Shown piece after piece: positions 16,038-23,199 of a stretch of DNA of 24,000 bases. Within the stretch, counting starts at the first letter, position 1. The number at the start of each line of letters is the position of its first letter. The position numbers and the translations under genes are program-made. The DNA comes from Pusillimonas sp. ANT_WB101. Its GTDB lineage: Bacteria > Pseudomonadota > Gammaproteobacteria > Burkholderiales > Burkholderiaceae_B. The notes under the pieces were generated by a model, which was given only the letters and a program-made list of their open reading frames with translations, did not search any database and was not told the origin of the DNA. The DNA lies in NCBI RefSeq assembly GCF_008369125.1, contig NZ_VOAY01000001.1:1475545-1499544 (forward strand), in the 5' to 3' direction.

Positions 16038-16046
16038 CTTAACCAC

Positions 16047-16624
16047 TCCATGACCAACGTCGCCAACAAAGGCGTCGGGTAATGTGTTCCGACATGTATT
16101 CCCCTAATTTTTATGCGCTAACTTGCTAATTCGTGTTTGATGCTTAATGTAAGCAATTGAACGCAAATTTAAGATAGGCTTTAAGTCGGCTATTAATAGA
16201 GAGCGATATGTGTTAATGAAAAATGCCTGGTTCATACTGAATAAAAACACTCGACAGACGAGGCTACAGCCGTAGGAAATAGTCTGATCGTCTCTACTGA
16301 AAAAACATATAACTGCTAAAACCGCCTATTTATGGCATAAAACACACAAATATAGGCCTTTCACCTTTGTTTTTTGCTTATGATGTCGTTGAAGAAAAGC
16401 CCTCTTTTCTGTCATCAACTAGTAACGCTTCGACTCAGAATGATCGTATTTGTCTGGCCAATATCGCTTATCCGCCATATGGCCTAGGCCATTAATAAAA
16501 ATTAACGAGATTTAACCTTTACTACGTATTTTGATAAAAACACTGTAAGCACGGCGTAACGCATTCAATCTGTAATTAGGTCTGATGATCGTCAATTCCT
16601 GTCTTTCTTCTGATCGACAAGAGG
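16047..16624 (-). promoter_or_regulatory. Long AT-rich non-coding region upstream of curli locus 1 (promoter/regulatory region)
   Basis: About 580 bp with no ORF of 60 aa or more, visibly AT-rich compared with its flanks. It contains CTTGCTAAT (16122-16130), which is shared with the locus-2 upstream region, and a perfect 14-bp palindrome ATGGCCTAGGCCAT (16479-16492). No promoter could be pinned down confidently. Confidence 0.4.
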
Positions 16625-16653
16625 AAAAAAGGGTGTACCGTTGCGATACACCC
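16625..16653 (-). terminator. Rho-independent terminator of curli locus 2
   Basis: Minus-strand RNA reads GGGUGUAUCG-CAA-CGGUACACCC (10-bp stem with one G-U pair), followed by UUUUUU. It lies 34 nt after the csgA-2 stop codon. It has the same architecture as the locus-1 terminator but a different stem sequence. Confidence 0.8.
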
Positions 16654-16687
16654 TCGTTTTCCTGTTACGCCGTTACAGCGGTACAGA

Positions 16688-17848
16688 CTACATCTGCGTA
16701 GCTACAGCCAGGTTGCCAAAGCCGCTTTGATTAATAGTCGCTATGCCTGAAGCTGCAGTGCTGGTCTGGGTTACAAGCGCTGTATTTAAAATACCCGACT
16801 GTGTCACAGTAGCTGTTTGAGACAACCCTGACTGGTTCACGCGCGCAAGCTCAAGTACACCCGACTGCGTCACAGTGGCTGTTTGGGGTTGCATATACGA
16901 GTTGCTCTGCGAGATAAACGCCGCCTCGCCAGTACCCGTTTGCGTCACAATGGCTTTATCGCCACCGGAATCAGCCTGGTCAACTTGTGCCAGGTTGAAC
17001 GCGCCAGACTGGGTCACAATGGCTTTTTGGTAGGTACCCGATAATTGGCTGACGTCAGCCCTGTTACCGAAGCCTGTTTGCAGAACGGTCGCTTGATCCG
17101 AATACCCGTCTTGGCTGATGTTAGCGGTATGCCCTGCTCCTGACTGATCCACAGTGGCCGCGTTGTAGTAGCCGGAACTGGACCCACCCACCTGAGAGAT
17201 GTAAGACGAATCGTGGTTACCCGAATCAGTAATGGAAGCGGTGTCATAGCCAAACAAGGGGCTATAACCTCTATTCTGATCAATGACAGCACTGCCATGC
17301 GTGGCGCCGTTCTGCTCAACCGTGGCGTTCTGATTAACACCAACCTGCGTGATGGCAGCATTGTTATTGCTGCCATGACCGCCATATGTGTTCAGGTTTA
17401 TGGTCGCGCTTTGGTTGCTGCCGTTGCTCTGATCAATGGCGCCAATGTTAGCGTTGCCGTTTTGATAAACCACGCCATAAGCCCCATCAACATTAACCTG
17501 AGCAATGCTTGACGTATTGTGGCTACCCCAGTTTTGGGTGTTTCCGATTGCACCACTGTTACCGGTTTGCGTAATTGTGCTGTTGTTGCCGTTAGCACCC
17601 GTGTTTTCAGTGATGGTGGCCGTCGCGTAGCTGGCGTTGCCGTTCTGGCTGATTTTGCCCGTATTGTGGTCGCCCAGTTGGTTGACGGTTGCGGTGTTAA
17701 TGCCAAGGCCCGAGTTTTGTTGCACGGCTTCGGCAGAGTTTACCGATCCGGGCTGGTTGATGGTGATGGTTGCACTGGCGGCCATCGCAGTGCTGGCGCC
17801 AAAAGCAAGGGCCAGGCCCAATGTTACTGCTGACAAATTAATTCTCAT
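16688..17848 (-). CDS. csgA: Giant curlin-repeat fibre subunit (CsgA-like), locus 2
   Basis: The start MRINLSAVTLGLALAFGASTAMA is at ATG 17848; the ORF-track start at 17893 is a TTG. It is collinear with the locus-1 protein but is clearly the most diverged pair. It has the same 11-residue curlin strand periodicity and the same C-terminal ...ATQM/AIQM ending. Confidence 0.85.
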   Translation of the reverse strand: MRINLSAVTLGLALAFGASTAMAASATITINQPGSVNSAEAVQQNSGLGINTATVNQLGDHNTGKISQNGNASYATATITENTGANGNNSTITQTGNSGAIGNTQNWGSHNTSSIAQVNVDGAYGVVYQNGNANIGAIDQSNGSNQSATINLNTYGGHGSNNNAAITQVGVNQNATVEQNGATHGSAVIDQNRGYSPLFGYDTASITDSGNHDSSYISQVGGSSSGYYNAATVDQSGAGHTANISQDGYSDQATVLQTGFGNRADVSQLSGTYQKAIVTQSGAFNLAQVDQADSGGDKAIVTQTGTGEAAFISQSNSYMQPQTATVTQSGVLELARVNQSGLSQTATVTQSGILNTALVTQTSTAASGIATINQSGFGNLAVATQM

Positions 17849-17914
17849 GATAATACCTATCGCTACAAGTGAAGGCCGAACGTTATAAGGCAACCTAGTG
17901 GCCAGCAGCCTAGG

Positions 17915-18448
17915 CTACGGTTGAACAACTTTGAAGGAACCACCAAAACCGATTTGCGTAACAGCGATGCTTTGGTTTCCCAATTGCGTAATATCGATAT
18001 GATTCTGGGCGCCTATTTGGGCGGCAGCGGCGCTGTTTCCGCCGTTGTTCTGGTTAATGCTGATTTGGTTTCCAGAACCCATCTGGCCGGCGACCGCCAG
18101 ATTGCCATCCCCATTTTGCGTAAGGTTCAGCGCGTTATTGCTGCCTGACAATTGCACAGCCACCGCGTTGTTGCCTGAACCACTTTGCAGGATCTGGGCA
18201 TCGCTGTTGGCAGTTCCTGACGCTTGCAAAATGCGCGCGTGTTGCTGGGCGCCAGTGGCCTGGGTGATCGACGCCCTGCCCAACTGGCCAGCCTGGGTTA
18301 TGTTTGCGGTCGAGTTGGTACCACCTGACAATTCGCTGGGTGCCATATCGCTCATCAAGCCCAAGTCGGAAGCATAGGCACCAGCCCCAAACATACAAGT
18401 GCCCGCCAGAATCGCAACGCAAACACGCTGCACATGTTTATTACTCAT
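17915..18448 (-). CDS. csgB: Curlin-repeat protein, CsgB-like, locus 2
   Basis: 177 aa, the same length as its locus-1 paralogue. Signal peptide ...GTCMFGAGAYA. Curlin strand units. Its ATG overlaps the csgG-2 stop codon (TAATG 18446-18450). Confidence 0.8.
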   Translation of the reverse strand: MSNKHVQRVCVAILAGTCMFGAGAYASDLGLMSDMAPSELSGGTNSTANITQAGQLGRASITQATGAQQHARILQASGTANSDAQILQSGSGNNAVAVQLSGSNNALNLTQNGDGNLAVAGQMGSGNQISINQNNGGNSAAAAQIGAQNHIDITQLGNQSIAVTQIGFGGSFKVVQP

Positions 18449-19422
18449 TAAAGACTCCCTGATGGGGGTGGTGAATCAGCGGTTGTGGCGGTGGCATCAG
18501 CCTTCTTTGCTGTCGCATCAGCGGCCTTGGGCGAGATGGGCTCCACATAGTTACTTTCTTTCTCGAGATAGCGCTGGATCACAGGGTTATTCCAATCCTG
18601 GGCGTTCTTTAGCACCCACAAATGATCTTTCACCCCACCCACTATCAAGTGCGCAACAGCCGCTTCAACCGCTTCCTGCACACACAGCTGCGCGGGTTCG
18701 TTGCTGGTAATGCCGCCTTCGGCCTGCAGCAAATCATTGAAGTTCACAAACTTGAAGACGCTAGGATGTATCTCATACGAATAGATCGTCTTGGTGGTGG
18801 AGACGCTTTGCAAAACTTCGCCCGTGTTGACATCAACGCTGCGCAAGTTGATGCCGACCTGGTCCACCCTGTATTGGGCCGTTGCACCAACCCCCAGAAA
18901 CTGGGCACCCAGGCCTCCGGTTCGCACATTACTGTCGTACGAAACAATGCCACCATTGAGCACAATAGAAGCCGGCATTAGGCTAAGAACCTTCACTTTG
19001 GACTGCCCCGCCGTCGCGTCCTCGTCATCAATTGCACGTATTACGCGTCTTTCGGTAAGTAGCGACTGCAGATCTTCACGCTCTACCGGAATAAACCAAC
19101 CCGAATCCTTGAGCGCCTTAATCAGCATGGAACCGGCACCTTGCGTCACAGCGGTTGAAAAAGCACTCTCTGGTGACGGCTTGTACTGCCCTGTTTCATC
19201 ACGAAAGCCATAAACAGCCACTACCACCTTGCCCTTAGGCGGAGGAAATTGCAGCAGATCGCGCGTGGCTTTAGTGGGCGGCGTCAGGTGCGCTTCGTTG
19301 TGCGTGCCAGCTGGCGGTACAAATGCACAGGCCCCTAATAGCAGGCTCGCCAGTGAACAGGCAACAGCCACTTTCGTAAGATGGAGCCACCGTGGTTGCT
19401 GCGTAAGATAGCGTGATTTCAT
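18448..19422 (-). CDS. csgG: Curli secretion channel lipoprotein CsgG, locus 2
   Basis: Lipobox LLGAC. The core is nearly identical in protein sequence to locus-1 CsgG. The C-terminal tail is different: Ala/Thr/Pro-rich (PKAADATAKKADATATTADSPPPSGSL). Confidence 0.95.
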   Translation of the reverse strand: MKSRYLTQQPRWLHLTKVAVACSLASLLLGACAFVPPAGTHNEAHLTPPTKATRDLLQFPPPKGKVVVAVYGFRDETGQYKPSPESAFSTAVTQGAGSMLIKALKDSGWFIPVEREDLQSLLTERRVIRAIDDEDATAGQSKVKVLSLMPASIVLNGGIVSYDSNVRTGGLGAQFLGVGATAQYRVDQVGINLRSVDVNTGEVLQSVSTTKTIYSYEIHPSVFKFVNFNDLLQAEGGITSNEPAQLCVQEAVEAAVAHLIVGGVKDHLWVLKNAQDWNNPVIQRYLEKESNYVEPISPKAADATAKKADATATTADSPPPSGSL

Positions 19423-19892
19423 TATTGACCAAACGTAGAAGAGGAGACCTGAAAGGAGGTCGTCTGACCAGTCGTTTTGTCGGTCGTGGTAATCGTTAAC
19501 AACCCGCTGCCCGCGTCGGCCACGACAATGGAAAAGTCCTGCGTGTTCACCGTGCCGGGGATGAGGTTGCCGCTGTTATCAAACAACTGAGAGGTCGCCG
19601 CGGCCGAAATCCTACTAAGCATGGATTGCTCCAGCGTCTGGTTGAAGCGATCCAGCGGCGTCTGCTGGCCCAGGTCCGATGCACCAAGATCCGGCGAAGA
19701 CGGCTCGTGCTTGTTTTGCGCTTGGGCGCTACTGAGAAGGTAATTGCCATTAAGCGGGTTGCCCCCAAAATTTGGGTTGACCGGCGTATAGGTGAGCGGA
19801 GTCGCTCCTGCTGCTGAAGCCAGCGTCACTGCCACTGCGGCCGCCAAGGCGCGGGCTAATCCAGCACCTCGTTTATCCATATAGTTGTTCAT
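19422..19892 (-). CDS. csgF: Curli assembly component CsgF, locus 2
   Basis: LTYTPVNPNFGGNPLNGNYLLSSAQAQNKHEPS. ATG 19892 lies directly after the csgE-2 TAA. Its stop overlaps the csgG-2 start (TAATG). Confidence 0.9.
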   Translation of the reverse strand: MNNYMDKRGAGLARALAAAVAVTLASAAGATPLTYTPVNPNFGGNPLNGNYLLSSAQAQNKHEPSSPDLGASDLGQQTPLDRFNQTLEQSMLSRISAAATSQLFDNSGNLIPGTVNTQDFSIVVADAGSGLLTITTTDKTTGQTTSFQVSSSTFGQ

Positions 19893-20378
19893 TTACATTT
19901 CCTCCGGACCCAGATCGGGGCTTTTGACTAGCCTGCGCTGTATGTTGAGATCAATGATGTTTTTGTAAGCGATTTCGACCGCCTGACTGCTCGCTTGCTT
20001 CACGCCAGACCGTGCAGGCGCGAGAAATGTATGAAACACGCGCTCGTCCTTGTAGCTCACCCAAATCTCGCTACCGAATTGGGGGGTCGCTCTTTCGTAC
20101 ACGGTTGTTGTGAAGGTCGAATCGGGATGCAAAGTCTGCCAAAGCCCAGAAAAGCTTTTGTAAAAATCCCATCCCAGAACCGTCATGGTTCGGTTGATGA
20201 TGATGCCGCCTAGCGGATCGTTATCAATCTGCCCCGAATCAAGGCGCGTGCCTGCGCTCGAAAGCGTGGTCTTGGCGGGCTTCATTCCATGGGAGATCGT
20301 GGAGGATGTCTTTGCCAGTGCATTCTGGCCAGCCAAGGCAAACACGATCACCGCAAGCTGTATAGAGCATCGCAGCAC
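19893..20378 (-). CDS. csgE: Curli secretion specificity factor CsgE, locus 2
   Basis: The core GGIIINRTMTVLGWDFYKSFSGLWQ ... is shared with locus 1. I favour GTG 20378 as the start (AGGA 9 nt upstream), which gives the signal peptide MLRCSIQLAVIVFALAGQNALA, collinear with locus 1. The ORF-track maximum start is GTG 20444. Confidence 0.8.
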   Translation of the reverse strand: MLRCSIQLAVIVFALAGQNALAKTSSTISHGMKPAKTTLSSAGTRLDSGQIDNDPLGGIIINRTMTVLGWDFYKSFSGLWQTLHPDSTFTTTVYERATPQFGSEIWVSYKDERVFHTFLAPARSGVKQASSQAVEIAYKNIIDLNIQRRLVKSPDLGPEEM

Positions 20379-20883
20379 TTTCCCGTTTCCTCGGCCATGC
20401 TTGCCTGGAAAAACGCCGAAAGACACATTGAAAAAATAAAGCACTTTGATCGTTTCTGTATTTAATTAAGAATTGCTAATTTACACCTATTACAAAACGT
20501 CAAATAGAAAAGATTAGTGAATTTTTACATTTGAAAGATTTTTTGGTCGAGCCATATCCTAAACCCAGCAAATAAGGCCCTCGGTTTCTGTGCGAGTTGG
20601 CAGGCTGAAGCAATGACATCGACACCCTGGTCCTGAGAGGCCTCATGCTGCTAACAGCAGCTAAATTGAAGGCAAAACATATCGATACGCAGCGTTATTA
20701 CTGTTATTTTTTAGCTTGCTAATCGCGAGTTTTTGTCTAATCTTGTGCCCTAGGGCATCTTTAAATAAACAAACTCAGGTGTGAATTAGCGTGGAATTTT
20801 AAGCTTTACAGACGCATCGGCTAGATGTACTAGGCTGTTAACCATATGGCATTTACTTACGATTAGTGCTAGATAATGAGAAT

Positions 20884-20952
20884 GTGCCCTGTGCCCTGTG
20901 CCCTGTGCTTTGGTGCTTTGGTGCTTTGGTGCTTTGGTGCTTTGGTGCTTTG
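20884..20952. repeat. Compound microsatellite (GTGCCCT)x3 followed directly by (GTGCTTTG)x6
   Basis: Counted directly: heptamers span 20884-20904 and octamers span 20905-20952, all perfect. It is intergenic, about 500 bp upstream of csgE-2 and about 310 bp downstream of the ABC ATPase stop codon. Confidence 0.97.
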
Positions 20953-21265
20953 CGCTTCGAGCCTTGAGCATTTGACACATGTGCCGTCTGCAACGAGCAG
21001 CACTCGTCGTCACGCATTTACAATTCTTCGCAGACAGATACACAGCCAAAACAACATTTGCTGCTGTCCAATGAACACAAAGACAAAGATCTGATTACGA
21101 CTACGCCAACAATAGGTAACCTAAGCGCCTAGGTGCACCGAACTCAAGCTTGACTGCCCATCTCGGCTGCTACACAGAAGCATGAGGCTACCCAAGACGA
21201 CGCGTCCAATGCGTCGCGACTAATCTTTGCGGGCTGCCAAGGTTAGATGCGCTCTGTGTAGTGCC

Positions 21266-21991
21266 TCAGTTATCCGCTTTCTGGCTGACCTCGACTTCAT
21301 CGCTAACGATGCGCCCGTCAACCAACGTAATGGTGCGGTCGCACGAAGCTGAAAGACGCGCGTCGTGCGTAACGATGAGCACTGCACAGTTGAACGTTTG
21401 ATTAAACCGCCTGAATAACTCAAACACATTTGCCGCTGTTTTTGTGTCGAGATTGCCCGTGGGTTCGTCGGCCAATAACAAGGCGGGGCGGGTAACCAGG
21501 GCACGTGCTATCGCCACTCGCTGCTGCTGCCCTCCCGACAAATCGCTAGGTTTAACGTCTGCGTATTTGCGCAAACCAACCTCATCGAGCAGGTCTATAG
21601 CATACTCACGATCTTCGCGCGACGGCTTTCCTTTTGCGAGCATAAGCGGCATCAGCACATTTTCAACAGAAGTAAAAGCCTGGATCAAGTGATGAAACTG
21701 AAAGACGAAACCAAGCTGGGCACCACGCAATGCCGTGCGCTCTGCATCGCTCATTCGGGCTGTTGGCCTGCCCAATAAATACAATTCGCCCGAGGTGGGC
21801 TCATCGAGCAAGCCCAACATATTAAGCAATGTACTTTTGCCAGATCCTGACGGCCCCACAAGTGCCGCGAAATCATGTGGGCCTATGGTCAGGTCAATGC
21901 CGTGCAGCACCTCGATTTCGTTGGGCTTGCCCAGGTTGTACGATTTACGCAGCCCTTCGAGCCGCAGAATTGAGCCGGGGTCATCAGACAT
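21266..21991 (-). CDS. ABC transporter ATP-binding protein (LolD/MacB/DevA-type)
   Basis: [19 protein letters not shown]..., Walker [10 protein letters not shown], signature [15 protein letters not shown], Walker [16 protein letters not shown] 21991 overlaps the permease stop codon by 8 nt; the ORF-track start at 22027 is a GTG and is likely too long. Confidence 0.9.
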   Translation of the reverse strand: MSDDPGSILRLEGLRKSYNLGKPNEIEVLHGIDLTIGPHDFAALVGPSGSGKSTLLNMLGLLDEPTSGELYLLGRPTARMSDAERTALRGAQLGFVFQFHHLIQAFTSVENVLMPLMLAKGKPSREDREYAIDLLDEVGLRKYADVKPSDLSGGQQQRVAIARALVTRPALLLADEPTGNLDTKTAANVFELFRRFNQTFNCAVLIVTHDARLSASCDRTITLVDGRIVSDEVEVSQKADN

Positions 21992-23192
21992 AACGAATAG
22001 CCTCAACCGGATGCAGACGCGAAGCACGCCACGCCGGCACCATCGCCGCCAAAAGCCCGGTCAAAGTTGCCACCCCGATGGTGATTAAAAGCAAACCAGT
22101 GGGAAGGGGTATATAGAACAATTTAGGGCCGAAATTATTAAAGCCCCAGACCAGGCCGTAGCCCAGAACGCCACCCAAGATAGAACCCATTAACGCCAAT
22201 AAGCCCCCTTGTACGAGAAAAACCCGCAGTATCTGCTCTCGTCGAGCGCCCATAGCCCTTAAAATTCCGATCTCACGGGTGCGTTGCGTGACAGTGATGG
22301 CTAAAACGCTGGCTATGCCAAAAGCCACTGAAATAGCCACAAAAAAACTGATGACAGACGTTGAAATACGCTGCGAGGTTAAGGCGTTCATGAGTTGTGC
22401 GTTGGACTCAATCCAGCTCTCAGACTTTAGCCCTGTCAATCGCCCAATTCTCGCTGCAACAACATCAGCTGCGAACAAATCACGCACAGTCACGTCAATG
22501 AGGGTGACGCCTCCAGACAAGTCAAGCAGCGACTGCGCCTGCTTTAAATCAAGATACACATACCGCAGATCAAGCTCTCGCACGCCTAATTCGAAAACGC
22601 CCGTCACGGTCACGATGGCGTGGCGGTTATCGCCCGCTTCTAGCCTCAGCTTACTGCCCGCTTCCAGGCCCAGGTCGTCAGCCAGCAGTTTTCCAATGAC
22701 GGCGTTGCCTGCGCCAACTCGAAACTCACCCGAAATAATGCTTTCACTTACGGGAACAATTTTTTCGTATCGACTCGGATCAATACCCACCAACGACACA
22801 GCTTTAATAACGTCTCCGCGACGCGCAAACGCGGGGCCGGCAACCACTGGAGACACGGCAGTCACCTCGGGTAAGGTGTCAAGGACGCTCTGGGCCTGGA
22901 TCCAATTATTAATTGAACGCAGCCGCTGCACACGCTTTTCTTCCACTCGCAGTGCCAGTGTGCCTTCAGGCACCGCAATCACTGCGTTTTTTTCTCGGGG
23001 TGGTTCAACACGAATATGAGACTGCGTACCTAAAGTACGTTCGATAATGTTGTTTTGCAAGCCCACAATTAGCGTCGTAATGAACACAATAACCGACACA
23101 CCTACCGCGATTCCTACCAAAATGAGCAGCGTTTGTGACACTCCTTGCCTCAGAAATTTGACTGCTATCATCAGCTCTAGCCACATATGCAT
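21984..23192 (-). CDS. ABC transporter permease, FtsX/MacB-periplasmic-core type (LolC/E / DevC-like)
   Basis: MHMWLELMIAVKFLRQGVSQTLLILVGIAVGVSVIVF is TM1. A periplasmic domain of about 220 aa follows, then the C-terminal FtsX-type TM bundle (REIGILRAMGA motif). The start is ATG 23192 or 23186, just after the adaptor stop codon at 23200-23202; the ORF-track start at 23321 is too long. Confidence 0.85.
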   Translation of the reverse strand: MHMWLELMIAVKFLRQGVSQTLLILVGIAVGVSVIVFITTLIVGLQNNIIERTLGTQSHIRVEPPREKNAVIAVPEGTLALRVEEKRVQRLRSINNWIQAQSVLDTLPEVTAVSPVVAGPAFARRGDVIKAVSLVGIDPSRYEKIVPVSESIISGEFRVGAGNAVIGKLLADDLGLEAGSKLRLEAGDNRHAIVTVTGVFELGVRELDLRYVYLDLKQAQSLLDLSGGVTLIDVTVRDLFAADVVAARIGRLTGLKSESWIESNAQLMNALTSQRISTSVISFFVAISVAFGIASVLAITVTQRTREIGILRAMGARREQILRVFLVQGGLLALMGSILGGVLGYGLVWGFNNFGPKLFYIPLPTGLLLITIGVATLTGLLAAMVPAWRASRLHPVEAIRYV

Positions 23193-23199
23193 GCCCCGC

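Larger units (their letters stand above)
12297..20480 (-). repeat. Tandem segmental duplication: two diverged units of about 4.3 kb, each csgE-F-G-B-A plus terminator
   Basis: Same gene order, sizes and junction architecture in both units. The offset between the two csgA stop codons (12368 and 16688) is 4320 bp. The csgB-csgA spacer is exactly 66 nt in both units. Confidence 0.9.

Noticed and set aside
16047-16624. Possible decayed second copy of the csgC-like gene downstream of csgA-2
   Set aside because: Translating the minus strand by eye shows no ORF and no remnant of the VIPYV/KEG/ANQ motifs. The region is AT-rich and looks regulatory. An alignment search would be needed to exclude a highly eroded relic.
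12856-18422. Many antisense or out-of-frame ORFs of 60-150 aa inside the csgA/B/G/F/E genes (for example 12881-13081, 13597-13944, 13613-13963, 14335-14790, 17014-17385, 17398-17706, 18622-18981, 18791-19213)
   Set aside because: Each is fully nested in a gene with strong family motifs on the other strand or frame. The low-complexity, GC-balanced repeat DNA lacks stop codons in several frames. None has supporting features.
20786-21094. ORFs 20786-21049(-) and 20876-21094(+) across the hepta/octanucleotide repeats
   Set aside because: Their repeat peptides (KHQSTKAP..., FGALVLWC...) come from the microsatellite. They lack an RBS and overlap each other on opposite strands, so they are most likely non-coding.
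21198-21216. Hairpin CGACGC-N7-GCGTCG downstream of the ABC ATPase gene, considered as a terminator
   Set aside because: The stem is only 6 bp and the following T-run is poor (TCTTGGG). Too weak to report as a feature.
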